A stretch of 63,705 nt of DNA, filler included, from Reticulomyxa filosa (taxonomy: Eukaryota; Protista; Foraminifera), in NCBI GenBank assembly GCA_000512085.1. It is 22 parts of 22 records of this genome, joined end to end, with 100 filler letters (N's around TTAATTAATTAA, not from the genome) between each part and the next. Parts side by side here need not be neighbours in the genome. Positions count along the whole stretch, not along the records: positions 1 to 7,630 come from ASPP01033977.1; positions 7,731 to 11,753 come from ASPP01016167.1; positions 11,854 to 15,520 come from ASPP01025134.1; 19 more parts are not named here. One strand, given 5' to 3'. Below are positions 1 through 12,763 of this stretch, piece by piece. Within the stretch, counting starts at the first letter, position 1, and each line of letters begins with the position of its first letter. Below the pieces are notes generated by a model that had not been told where the DNA came from, did not search any database, and saw only the letters and a list, made by a program, of their open reading frames with translations. The position numbers and the translations under genes were made by a program.

Positions 1-78
1 GGATATTACATTCTTATATACATATACATACATATACATATATACATATACATATATATTTAAAACAAAAAAAAATAG

Positions 79-942
79 GTGAAATATTTCAAACCATTAC
101 AAGTTGCTCCACAACATATCGGTAGTCTAAACAAAATAAGATTTTCTCCTGATGGTACTAAAGCAGTTTTAATCGCACGGAATAAACCACTTCGGCTGTG
201 GGATATAAAATTGCCCGACGTAAAAATAATGGAATGCTCAGATGCATTTGGATTTGCACAATTTTCAGCAGATGGCAATATGATTATGTCATGTTCAAGA
301 GATGGTACAATTCAATTTTGGGATGTGGAATCGTGCAAAGTGATTAAAAAATGTAAGCATCCAGGTAATGTGTATGGATATCAATTTTCTTCAGATGGAA
401 AAATTCTTGCATCTTATTCATTTAACTCAGTATTTCGAATATGGGATGTACAATCTGGGCAAGAGATACAAGTATCTAATTATAATGGCATAGAATGTAT
501 TTGTTTTTCTCTCGATGATCAATATATTGCGATTGTACAAGTTGGCGTAATTGAAATATGGAATGCAGTAACTGGTAAACAGATGAGAAAATTTCAAGCG
601 CACTATATAAAGAACATGCAGTTCTCTTCAGATAGCCAATTACTTGCGTCCCCGTCGTTGGATGGGACAATGCGTATATGGGATGTCAAATCAGGAAACG
701 AAGTACAAACATTAGAATATTCTTTCGGTTTTGTAACGGGTTTAGAATTTTTTCCGGACAATAAAACCATTATAACATCTTATCTTTCGCCAATTCGATT
801 ATGGAATCTAAGACTACAAATGGAAATACAAGAATTGAAGGGACATCAAAATGATGTAATAGCTTTGCATGTTTTACCAGATGGTAACACGTTCATTTCG
901 GGCGATCTTGATGGAATAATTAGACTCTGGACAGCTTTGTAA
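79..942 (+). CDS. WD40-repeat (G-beta-like) protein, terminal exon
   Basis: About 7 repeats of the FS(P/S)DG...S...DG(T)IR(I/L)WD type. Begins after an intron acceptor (aaatag at 73-78), so the 5' exon is outside the window. Confidence 0.92.
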   Translation: MKYFKPLQVAPQHIGSLNKIRFSPDGTKAVLIARNKPLRLWDIKLPDVKIMECSDAFGFAQFSADGNMIMSCSRDGTIQFWDVESCKVIKKCKHPGNVYGYQFSSDGKILASYSFNSVFRIWDVQSGQEIQVSNYNGIECICFSLDDQYIAIVQVGVIEIWNAVTGKQMRKFQAHYIKNMQFSSDSQLLASPSLDGTMRIWDVKSGNEVQTLEYSFGFVTGLEFFPDNKTIITSYLSPIRLWNLRLQMEIQELKGHQNDVIALHVLPDGNTFISGDLDGIIRLWTAL

Positions 943-1791
943 AGTACTTAAATTATATTTTTTGCTGTTATTGTCAATAATTACTTGCCAAACTGGAATT
1001 CATTTCTCAAGTAGAAATAATAAAATAAAAAATCTTTTAAAAAAGAGTGGGACAAATCTATTCAATTGATATCATTTCAGTATTTCTTCCATAAAAACAA
1101 ATCAATACATCATATTCTGTAATTTTATTAAATGACTTGTTTCTTTGCTTTATTGCATTTTTGTTATTACTATGTATAATATTGGTCTATCTTAAATTTG
1201 ATATCATCACGTTCTGGATATCACATTTGAAAAAAAGTGATACAATAGAATCTCATGGAGAAACAGCACATACAAGTATTTCCTTGGAGAAAAGAAAAAA
1301 AAATAACAATGTTTGCAACAAATTTTTTTACAATATTCAAATGTCTTTTAATTCCAAAACCGTTAAAAATAACAAAAACAAAGAACTATAACGTTTAAAC
1401 TAAATGTTCTTTTTCACAAAACTCTAAACAAAAAATTTTTTTTTGGTTTTTTAAATCCACATTGCCATGGTTTTCTTTGACTGATCCAAATTATTTGTAA
1501 TTCAAATTTTTCACTTTTTTCTCTTTTTAAAAAAGCAGAATTGCATGAGCTGTCGTTGTTAAAAAAGTTTTGTCCAAATAAATCTGTTTCCATGTTACTA
1601 AACACAAAAAACTCTAGAATGTTCTTTTAGTTTTATTTCTTTGTAAAAAGGTTTGCTAATTGATATTATGCATGAGTTACGTAAAAAGTTTACTTCGCGC
1701 ATTTTTGTACGAGCAAATAATTATATATAACTAAATAAAACTAATTAGTACAGACAGCAGCCACAATATTCAAAAACAAAAGCTTAATATT

Positions 1792-1927
1792 AAAAAAAAT
1801 AAAAAATTGCGAAAAAAAAATGAAAAAGCTAAAAAGAAAAATTTTAATACAAGCGGCGCCAAGGGCGCCGCTTGGAACTAAATTTTTTTTTTGGTTTTTT
1901 ATTCTCTTTCGCATTTTTTTATTTTTT
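1792..1927. repeat. Long imperfect palindrome with GC-rich core (dispersed element, copy 1)
   Basis: Core CAAGCGGCGCC-aag-GGCGCCGCTTG (1850-1874). Complementary arms extend about 60 bp each side (tgcgaaa / tttcgca). Confidence 0.8.
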
Positions 1928-3258
1928 CCACTGCGCCAAAAAAAAATATTGTTTTGTAGTTTGTCTTTTCACATTATAACGATAATGCTTGTTACCTGTC
2001 AAAATATACCAAAAATGATCAATATTTTCAAAGATTAAAAAAGAAAAAAAATTGAAGTGTTGAAACCAATTCAGGACGTTATCACAAGCTATTTTGAATC
2101 GATTGGTGAAATTCCGATGAAATAACTTTGATTTTTGACAAAGTTAGACCACGATCAGTGTTGCTCCAAACAACAATTTAATCACACAACAATCACTATT
2201 TGTTATATTTTCATGAATTTTGTACTTTTATCAAACATTAAATCGAATCTATTGCTGAATGTGTTGAACTATGTATTTCATTATTTTTACTTTCATCAAA
2301 CGATAGCTCGTGCTTTCTTTTTCTTCGTATTCTAACTTTTTTCGAAGTTATTTTCTAGTATATACAATATATTATATTTTCATTTTTTTATATAATATTT
2401 ATTGATCCTCAATTTTGCTTTTCTAACATGAAGATTATATAGAAAAATGACATCCAATTTCATTTTTAAATAATAAAAGAAAAATTTTAAATTGAAATTA
2501 ATGATTTGATAAATAATGTTTTTGAATCCTGAATTTTCTTTTTTTACAATGAAATCTATTAGCAGAAACATGACTTCAAGGACTTGTATAAAATTTGTTT
2601 TTGATTACCGAATAATCAAAAATGATAAAATGAAACAATTGTTATAAAATAAAAACATTATCATAGATACTAGTTTTTTGAAGATGCATTTCATGAAATG
2701 TAAGACATAATACAAAACTATTGATCAATAAATGTTATGTTTGCATATTCATTTTTGTATTGAAAGTTGTAATGTTCTTGGACAGTATCTGTATGAAAAA
2801 TAATTTGAACGAATTAGTTAAAAAAGCAAAGAAAATGATCACATCAATTTTTGACTAACTTATTCAAAGAAAAATAGTGTAACCATGCAATTTTTAGCAT
2901 AATAATCAATATTTGAATATTCCATATTTTTGGACAAAAAAGGAAATAGTTTGAAAAAAAAATCCACTTTCAAGTTTTTAAGAAAGAAATCAAAGTATTT
3001 TGGATTGAAACTTAACCATCTTTAACTGCGTGAAATAAAAATCTTCAACAAGAAAACGAATTATAAATATTTAAATTAGATTTTTGATGTTTGATAAAAG
3101 TAATATATAGCCATACAAAATTCATGCAAATATAACAAATAGTGATTGTTGTGTGACTTGTCTAATTTGGACTATGTTATAGTAAAATTGTTTTGATTTT
3201 GCAAAAATATTGAATATATTATTAAAATACTTGATTACTTTCTTGTATCATATGTAGG

Positions 3259-4560
3259 ATGTCGTTCTACAATATTTCAGAAATAGATGAACCAACGAAT
3301 ACAACTCTTTGAAGCTCGCAATATGCGACAATGCGTTGAACCTATATCAAGCAGGCTCGGAGGCAGCATTAAACATGGGGTTCAAGTTGTTAGTAGCAAA
3401 ACTAGAATCCCAATATCAAAAAATATTGTACAAATTGGAGGAATTGTATAAAAATCAAATACAATTATCACAAGACCTTCAAAACATTGCCATGAATAAA
3501 ATAATACTTCACAATGTATACCTCAAAACAGTCTTCATGTGGAGATTCCATTCGCAACAGCCGAAAGCTTGGACAAAGTGGAATATTGGCAATTTTATCG
3601 AAAATGTACTAATATTTAGGGCCCAAGGGTCAATCACTATAATTGGAACCGTTATAATAAAGCTTGGCGTTCTAAAAGTTTATATTGACTGGAAGCAAGT
3701 AATATGTTAGAAAATACTACTACGTACCGACAGTGATAGCAGCAAAGTTGACAATGAAATATCGTGGAAATTAATAAAAAAAGTGCCAATATGACCAAAC
3801 GACACCAGTGGAACAATTGGACTCGACAACGACGAAAAAACCAATGAATTCAAATGTGGATGCATATATAATTTGCAGATGCGAGCTTGTTGTCCTTCAA
3901 AGCTCATCTTCACTGACTTTTCGAATATTAATTCAGTATGCATCACCCCACATTTTGCGAATTCTGAAACAATCGCAAATCAAGAAATAGGCCAGTTGCT
4001 GTCATTTCTGCCAGGCCACACACAACCAAACAAGACAGAACTATTGTATCGAGGCAGTCGGGATGGATTTGCTGCACGCACATTTCACGAAAGATGTGGC
4101 ATAAGAGAAGGTGCAACTATTGTTATCGTGTTATCTGAACAAAATCACTTGTTTGGTGGCTACACTCAATTACCATGGTGGATTCGTTAGTCAAGAGGGA
4201 CACCTACATATGACGACAAAGCATTTTTGTTTTTGTTGCGAGATGCAAATAGTGTGAATTCCCATAAATTCTCCATTAATAGGAGGCATGAAGAAGCAAT
4301 ATACTGTTCATAGATGTGGGGACCCCGCTTTGGTAATAATAAAATTTTTGAAATTAAAAAAAAAAACTACTAGTAGTACATGAGTTTTTCATTACTCTTT
4401 TTGTTCTAATTTTTTATATGTGATAATGATATACTCATTAACAATAACTGCCACGAAAATACAAATAGTATTAGTAAATTGAATATTTACATAGGCAAAA
4501 TAAGTACATTGGCAGAAAATATCAATTTCCCTGTAAAAGTGAAAGCGAAAGTCTTTATTA
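3259..4560 (+). pseudogene. TLDc-domain gene (possible SAM-like segment upstream), disrupted
   Basis: LLYRGSRDGFAARTFHERC...IVIVLSEQNHLFGGYT.LPW, then *SRG..DDKAFLFLLR...AIYCS*MWGPRFG. Several in-frame stops and frameshifts. Confidence 0.8.
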
Positions 4561-4934
4561 GTTTTGATTTACAACATTCTTGAATGAAATATTGAACAAA
4601 GAAGCCAAAAAAAAATACACTATCCTCAATAATGTTGATCTCAAGAAATCGAACTTCACAGTCAAACAACAGCAACAAGTCATTGTCCGTCTCAATGAAC
4701 TTGCCTTTGATATGTTTGTGGGCCAGTGACAACTTGGATTTTAAAAATATGTTCGTACAAGTTGAGTTTGGATTCGAGAGTTTTCTTATTGTATTACTTT
4801 GATTAGTTAAAAAAAAAACATCTATATATCAAATTTGTTCAGATTGTCCATGTCAGGATTTTTTTCTTTTTTGATTGGGAATTTTCAACAATTATTATCT
4901 TTATTCCGCAACGAAAATACATAATTTCATGATT

Positions 4935-5110
4935 AATAACATTTTCTGTTATACAGCAACATGACCCACTCCGTATACGCACCAAAAACATTGGCAAAGT
5001 CAGATAACACCAGAATAAGTTTCTGTCCTTTTCCGTTACACTTTTCGTTGAATTTGCTTGCAAGGAAGTCATCATTTCTGGTACAATAATGTGACTTGAT
5101 TGCACTTTTT
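4935..5110 (-). pseudogene. Second TLDc-domain remnant
   Basis: Manual translation: VTLLYQ / frameshift / RNDDFLASKFNEKCNGKGQKLILVLSDFANVFGAYTEW. This frame is not in the ORF track. Confidence 0.7.
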
Positions 5111-6877
5111 TGGTAATAATGCTTTTAACATATTTATTTATTCGTTGTTGACAATCTACGATTCGACAAAATTATTGACAATGTATAAGAGATAGTAATC
5201 TAAAAAATGCGTTTATGAAATTCAAAAAATGCAAAACAGTATTCGTACTTTATACGTATTGCCCCATTGGAGCATTTCTAATTTTTCATTATCATTGTGG
5301 TGGGCCGATCCTTTTTTAGTAATATAGAGCTGTTGCTAAATTAGTTGTTCAAATTTAAGAAAAAATTAGTCGCAGTTGTAAAGTAATTAAAGATCAATTG
5401 ATGTGTCAAAACTGGACATTTGTTGATCCAAGTTGAAAAAACTGTTATATATACTGTATAAATTGTTTCGAACGACTCAATTAATTTTATTTTTTCTTGC
5501 GTTGTTAAAAATAAAACTAAAAGTGTTGCATCATTCATTACATTACTCCAAGACTAAAAATCACATAAGCTAACCAAGTGGTATTTTGGAAAGAATAACA
5601 CTTGGTTTACTCAAATATATTTGTTGGTTTGTATAATTTCCAATACAATTTCATTATAAGAAAATTTTCAATAATACTTATTTAATGTCATTATGCTCAT
5701 TTAAAACTGATTGCGTTCCAACTATTTACCAAATCAATATTTTTTCGCCGTAATTTCACCCATGTGCTTGTAATTCATTTGCACATCATCCCAGACTGTT
5801 TCGGTCATATCAAATTTTTAACTCCTATTCCTTTTTTATAAGCCCTTAGCTCTTGAGTCATCATTCATTACATTAATACAGTAATAAACGTCATATGTCA
5901 CTAAATGAAAAACTATAAATTTAACATAACATAATTAACAACAATATTGCTAAAATCATAGATCCATCCAAATTTAATATTTATTGTTCGAATCCAATGT
6001 TAAATAATTATTTTGATTTCTTCTTCTGACTGTTTCAACGGCAAACAGCACACAACAAAACCGAAAGATTATCAGCTTTAGAAAGACTAAAGCGAATTTT
6101 ACCAGCGTTACTTGTATTGAAATTTCATTGATAAGAGTTATCATTCTTTCAACTCTTTTGCTTTCTCTGTTGAAATGATTTAAGTAAAAAATGAGCTTTT
6201 TTTAAGCTCAACGACAGAGTTGTCAAACGATTGTTTTTTCATCTGATGATAAGCAGTTAGTTTATAGAGTATAAAATCAGGTAAGAGAGTAAAATAATTA
6301 ACAGAGACATTCTGGTTTTGTTGTCTTTGGGCCATCTGGTGATAATTGCATCCCATGATCCCTATAGTATTGCCTTTGAATAACTGCATTTGTTGTCTTG
6401 AGGCAACAATCCATAATTGGATGATATTATTATCTGCCAGGGGGATGACAAAATAAAACCAAAAATATCAAATAAAGTTTTTCAAGAATTAGATTATAAC
6501 ACACAAAAACAAGAGAAAAAAAGATTTGTTTTAATTAAAAAACAATAATGACATCCTAGATTGATTTCCAGCAACAAAATGTCCAGTCCCAAGCAAATGA
6601 AAACAGAACATGCATGTTTCAAAGAATGTACAGGAGCAAATTCAATTGGATCTTTTGATATGTTTCTCCGTCATTCTTTTTTTTTTCCCCCCCCCCCTCC
6701 AATGAGTTAGAAACTCTTTTCCATAACACATATAGTGAAAACTTTATTAGCACACAAAAGAATAATTAAAGATAATATTTCAACACAACCCGAAAAAAAG
6801 ACACTTTAAAAAAAACAAAAAAAACGAATATCACAATATTATTATTATCAAATTTTTTTTTTGTATTATTAAAAAAA

Positions 6878-7630
6878 TTATTTCGAGGCAAGTTTGTTGG
6901 GAGTATAATTTTGTGGAAAAAACGCGTGTTGATGTTTTTCCAGCAGAGTCAATATTTGTGGAAAGCTGGGTCGTTGCAAGGGGTTTTCAGCCAGCAGCAA
7001 TTCATCAAGTGGGTCAGTATTTTGGGATCGGGACAGCCTCGTAGATCGGACTCTCTCACCGACGGTCTTTTTCCTGAAAGCACAAACTTTTGAATATCCG
7101 CATACGATTGGTCTTTATAAATTTCTCGACGTGTGATAATTTCCCAAATGACACATCTAAAAAAAAAAAAAAGGGGGAACACATTTTTTTTAAATTAAGT
7201 TTATAAAAATTTTATAAAACACCTTTCCTAAACACTTTTTTTTTTTTTTTTTTTTTGTAAAGACGTAACCCAAAAGAATAAACGTCAGCAGAAAATCCGT
7301 AGACGGACTTTTGAAGAGAGCGAGCCTGCCGACTCCCTTGTTTGAATTCAATGTTTTTTAAGATTTCAGGAGGTAAGAACTGCACCGACCCAACGATGGT
7401 GGACATGGGCGCGGTGACTTTGTGAAGCAGAATGCTGGTAAGACTGAAGTGTTCTTCCGCTTCGTCGTCTTCGTCTTTGGCGTCGTCGAAATAAGCGAGG
7501 GCGGAAGAGGTATTGATCTTAGTGATCACAGGTCTATCGATCAGCACATCGACATCATCCAACTTATGGCAGTCATCGTCATGTCTATTGTCAATATTAT
7601 TATTATTATTATCATTATCATTGTCATTGT
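6878..7630 (-). CDS. Protein kinase C-lobe (TKL-like), partial, two exons
   Basis: IVGSVQFLPPE...SADVYSFG | CVIWEIITRRE..Y...GKRP. Restoring one G near 6990 gives CWAENPLQRPSFPQILTLLE...* (TAA at 6878-6880). Confidence 0.85.
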
Positions 7631-7730
7631 NNNNNNNNNNNNNNNNNNNNNNNNNNNNNNNNNNNNNNNNNNNNTTAATTAATTAANNNNNNNNNNNNNN
7701 NNNNNNNNNNNNNNNNNNNNNNNNNNNNNN
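7631..7730. other. Artificial contig-joining spacer (first of 21)
   Basis: 44 N + TTAATTAATTAA + 44 N. Identical spacers start at 11754, 15521, 17294, 18840, 20282, 22812, 29898, 31544, 32718, 34630, 36318, 41811, 44278, 46031, 47640, 49877, 51314, 54205, 59906 and 62572. Confidence 0.98.
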
Positions 7731-7817
7731 TTTTTTTGTTTTTTTTTTTTTTTTTTTTTTTTGGGGGGGGGGATGTGGAATTTGAACGTTTGTGGATAGA
7801 CCTCTTATTATCATCAT

Positions 7818-8684
7818 ATGACACCCAGTCTCTCCTCTTTTCTCGATGAAAGCTCCTATTGGTGTCGGGAAGAATGGGACATCACAGATCATCTTGTGAA
7901 GAATCGCCATTATTTTACAGACTCCAATTCCTCAATGAATCTAAATCGGAGCGACTCCAACCAGTTGACCACTTCAGGAAATGATCTCGCGACGCAAGAA
8001 GGTCGTGCTGCGGGTGCCACGCAGAATATCAAGGCAGAAACGAAAAAGAGTGTCCATCGAGCCAACCTACATTCCTGCGAAGTGTGCTTCGATTATGCCA
8101 GTGATTATTATTTGAGGCACCACATTGCACCCTATTTAATCACTTTGTCTCTGGCAATTACTCGCAACAATCGCAACGACGTGACGCCCGAGTTTGTCTT
8201 GAAAAAAACGCAGCACACATTTCCATTTGTAAATGATCCACTTTTCAAAATGGTCACGTCCTCATGGGTCCAAAAAAGTTTGAGAGAAAACTTGCGCTGC
8301 CAAACGCTAGCACCAGTTAATTTAATTTATATCCAAACAAGCAGCTTTTTTTTTATTTTTTATGATAAATGTTTGTGTCTCTCAAGACAACAGAGTTTTA
8401 TCAAGTATCTTTTTTTGTAACTTGTATTTGTTTAATGGAACGGCTAGGACTATCGACTGGACTTGTGGGGATTCTTGTCGCTAATTTGCTTGTTGGAAGA
8501 CTTTCGTGAAAAGAATTGCATGAACGACGCACGTCCAAGTCATGGCTTACGAAAATCACGCCGCTTAAATATATTCCATCATTATTTGGACGGATGGATC
8601 AGCCGAGAAAATTGTGCTTCGTTAGTCCAACGATGGAATCGTGTGAGGTTAACAACCTCTGCACATCATCTTCACACCATTTGA
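7818..8684 (+). CDS. Hypothetical protein, 3' exons
   Basis: Coding-like composition in two blocks (about 7800-8280 and 8450-8684) separated by an AT-rich intron-like stretch. No family recognised. Confidence 0.45.
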
Positions 8685-9347
8685 TCAAATGCAACACACG
8701 CATTTTATCTTTCATACACAAAACAACACCTGTCTCCATTTTATATCATTCACAGTTTGTTTATTTAATCTTCAACCCTTTTTTCTTTTTTGCCATTTGT
8801 TTATTAAGTGAAGACCAATTTTTCAATATGATCTTTGTCCTCCTTTAGTTACAACAAGTAAGTTACACAGCTGCGATTCATTCGTAACATATTTAGAAAA
8901 ATTCTTCCAATTAAAAATTGTTATGTGAGAAAAAAAACAAAAATAAAAATAAATAACCCGTAAAATGCGGTGTTTCATAAGGAGATATTGTCCCAAATTA
9001 CGTAACAAATAATAACGAAACAATCTCAAAACAAAAGATTTGAATTAGTACAATAGAAAGTTGAGATTCCAATAAAACCATGGACATCGAAACAGGGTAA
9101 ATAAAAAGAGGGCCAAGTTTCTCAACATTAAAAACAAAGAACGAATGAAACATTTGTGAGAACAGTCAAATCAAAAAAAAAAAAAAAAAAAGAAAGAAAA
9201 AAACCACAAAACCAAAGACAAAACAATTACCTTTTTTTTTTTTGTAGAAAAAAGAGAATTTTTTTTTTTGTAAACCAAACCAAAGAGAACAAAGCATACC
9301 ACACACAAACACACAAACAAACACAAAAGACAACCATTAAAGTATCT

Positions 9348-10676
9348 TCAAGATGGACTGGGCAAGAATGGTCCATACAAAGCAGCATAATATTGATTCT
9401 TCGATAACAAGGCACGGCTACTCTTCGACCCATCATGCAATTCTTTTTCAAATTGTAGCAATTGGTGAAAGAATCCAAAGTTGGGTGAGATAGTTGGCCG
9501 ACATTGTTTGACATATTCAAAAGCATCATACAACAGCATGCCTTTGGTTTTCATCAAATAGCCAATCACCGCAGTACTTGAGCGTGAAATTCCGGCCACA
9601 CAGTGTACTAACACTCTTCCGCGTTTGGCTTTATGCAATGCTTTATCTAATACATATATATAAAATTATCAAATCCAAAAAAAAAAAGTGTATGTCATGT
9701 AAAGTTGTCAGATTAGATTATATATATATATATATATCTAGCATTTGGCAATGCAAAAGCTTAACTTACCAATAAAGGCAAAAATTTGTTCAAAGTGTTC
9801 CTTAATGTTGACATCTTCCGAGTCCTCAATTTCAATGCTGCAATACTCCACTTTGTGCAAGGACGACTGCGATTCGGTGAACGACGATGATGACGATGGC
9901 AATAATAATGATGATGATGATGATGATGATGATGATGGTGATGGTGATGATAATAGCGATTTGCCTGTGTTGGGAAGGGATAAAACGGAAGAAGTTCTAA
10001 ACGGCGAAGCGAACTCAAAAGCATTAGCAATTTGTCCAAAAGCGACATTGACGACATGGGTCAATTGCAAGTCTCTGAAAACATAGGAATCACAGCTGCT
10101 TTCGAATTCACCTAAATACAGTTGGTTGGGAATAATGACAGTTGGATAATGGGGGACAGTGTTGAACATGGAGGAGAATAGCGACGATTGCTTGGAAGAT
10201 TTGGTTAAAAATGGATAAGTGGTTTGGAATGTCTCAAAACTTTCCAACGTTTTGATACAACTATCTGCGTGCGACTTTTTAATGCACTGCGTCAGAAACT
10301 CATTAATTGTGGCTCTACTTTTTTCATTGTTGTGATTGTCATGGATTATCCAAAACAAACTTTGTGACCGATGCAACACTTCTTTATTGTATTGACCTTT
10401 TCGACTTTCTTCACAAGGCAAATCTTTCAATGCTACCCATGATACACTTGCTTTGCCATTCACGTATTCCAATGTCACGTTCAGATGATATGAACCCAAT
10501 ACGTGACTCAACTCGTAACTTGACCACTCACGCACGTCAAAAACTATTGCGTTCGCTTGCAAATCGTTAAACAAATCATGACTATTGAACACAAGACATG
10601 ACATTGATGACTGGCCTTGCGCTTTGCTCAGATTGTAGTCTCTTTCGTTATCCATTTTTTGATCTGGAGAACTCAT
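9348..10676 (-). CDS. Dual-specificity phosphatase with N-terminal rhodanese-like domain (MKP type)
   Basis: VFDVR..SYELSHVLGS (rhodanese), YPTVIIPNQLYLG, IEDSEDVNI, catalytic VHCVAGISRSS, RPTISPNFGF. Intron about 9648-9769. Poly-Ser insert. Confidence 0.93.
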
Positions 10677-11319
10677 GGCAACAAACACGAAACCAAAATA
10701 AAAAAAAACAGAACAAATTAAGCCTTTGTTTTTTGTTATTATTTGTGCCAATTTCCCTAGAATTTCCAGAAGGACCCTTTCTCTTGTTTTTCTTCCTCTT
10801 TTTCCTCCCTCCCCCCCCCACTCTGTTTCAACACAGATATTGTGGCTTCGTCTGTTGGATTTGGGCTTATTTTTGTTGAGACAGCAGCTCTTCGTTGAAT
10901 TGCGTTTAGCACAATTTTCAACTTTGTTAAAACGACAAACAATTCTATTTTAAATTTTGTAACCAAGTGAAATAAATATTATAAACGGTGGCAGAATAAA
11001 AGAAGAAAGGAGACTTTGGACAATGGACGTAATAAAGCTTCAAATTTTCAAGCATTTCTAAAGGAAACTCCAACCAGTGAGCGTTGCATCTTAATAGCCG
11101 TGTAAACCATTGGAAAAAAATTCTTTCTAGTGTAATAATAGGAGCTGAAAGAGATTTTCGAGCAAAAAAATAAAATAAAACTAAAACATGCAGTGTCTTC
11201 TTCCCTCACAAGATGCTCTATACACTGAAAGTAAAGATAGTCCGACAGACGACAAAGCAGGTTTGTACAAAGTACGAAGTCGAAAAAAAAAGTATCTCTT
11301 TTAGTCTCGTCACGCCGGT

Positions 11320-11753
11320 TTGCTGTTGTGGCAATGTACTTGCACAAAACACGTAGACTTGGATCAAGACAGCATAGCGACCTCACCTTTGCTGGACGTG
11401 GACATAAGTCATTTGACGGGCATGGACGTTGTTCTGGACAAACACATAATTGAATTGTATACCCAAACACGTCCCTCCAAAGCAGAGATAGAACAACGCG
11501 AACTGATTGTGAAATTTATAAACGACTGTGTCCAGTCCTACTTGCAACAAGAATATCGTTCGCAAGCGTCAAAGAATGATCCATCCATCGCGATCTATGA
11601 TCACGTCTGGCCGCTCAAACATATCCCAGTGCCAACCGCCCAGGTGTTTGGAAGTGTCGCAACAAAACTCGATCAAATGAATGCTGATTTGGATATCTGC
11701 ATTCCTGTAAGTCTCTTCGGTAAGTCGAATATTTTATTATTATTATTATTATT
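11320..11753 (+). CDS. Non-canonical poly(A) polymerase / TUTase (Cid1/Trf4 family), 5' part
   Basis: PSKAEIEQRELIVKFI...AQVFGSVATKLDQMNADLDICI matches the Pol-beta nucleotidyltransferase hG[GS]x9-13DhD motif. Truncated by the contig end. Confidence 0.82.
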
Positions 11754-12763
11754 NNNNNNNNNNNNNNNNNNNNNNNNNNNNNNNNNNNNNNNNNNNNTTA
11801 ATTAATTAANNNNNNNNNNNNNNNNNNNNNNNNNNNNNNNNNNNNNNNNNNNNGATGCAGTTCAATTTTTTTTATTTTTGTCTTTGTAATGTTTGTGTTT
11901 TAGTAACAAACAACAAAGAGTTGCCTACTGTGTGCTTGCGTACCTGAAGCAGATGTTAGTCTTTTACAACAATGATGTTTTCATCAAGCATTCTTTTTTA
12001 TTCAAAGGATGTCTTAATGATAATTAAAGTGGTCAAGTAATATCGAACAAAAGTGAATGCGTTATTTGTTCTGATGTGTTCAAAAAAAATTGCAGCATTG
12101 CCAATTTCTTTAAACGCCACTTTTCCACTTTGTTCCTGGCTGGGCAACAAAAATACACTTATTTTTCTTTAATCTGATATATTTTGCAATTTCTTCACAT
12201 AAACTTATCAGTAAATTTCAAAACTCAATATCTTGAAATCTTAATGTTCATCTATATCTATAAAATTTTGCAAGTGTATCACTACATATAGACCCAAAAT
12301 TTTTTATTCCAAATGTCTAAAAATTCACAAATTTTTGAAATTTAATATCTAAATATCGATCATAACAAATATTAAAATAGCCATTATATCTTGAAAGATT
12401 CCATTGTACAACATCAATTTCTTCAAAAAAACAATTTTTTTAGCGAAGTTGTAAATGAAAATGATTCTAAATGTTTCTCTTTTTAGTACTGTTCCTTTTG
12501 AGCCAAAATAGTAATAAACGATTTAATTCTTAAGTAACATGAACGCAGTTATGAATTTGTTCCAACAGGACACAAACATGATTGCTTGAGGGTACTATTT
12601 GTTTCAACAGCTACGTCTCGAAAATATGCAAAAGTTTTTGTGTTAAAGAAAATTAGTTTTCATAACTATCCAAAAATTTGATCAAAAATTAATAAAAAAC
12701 AAAAAGAATGAACAAAAATAAAACATAAAAATCGGTACAACAATTGGGAATGATTTCTGTTTT

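Noticed and set aside
1850-1882. Helitron 3' end (GC hairpin followed by CTRR)
   Set aside because: CTAA follows the hairpin but is not followed by T, and complementarity continues well past it on both copies. Kept only as an alternative explanation.
4188-4313. Stop-codon reassignment (in-frame TAG/TGA in the TLDc, ESF2, WD40 and reductase remnants)
   Set aside because: The stops co-occur with frameshifts and lost catalytic residues and replace different amino acids. Intact genes here end in TAA, TAG and TGA.
7675-7686. Recurring TTAATTAATTAA as a biological repeat or CRISPR-like array
   Set aside because: Always centred in exactly 44+44 N. It is an assembly linker with stops in six frames.
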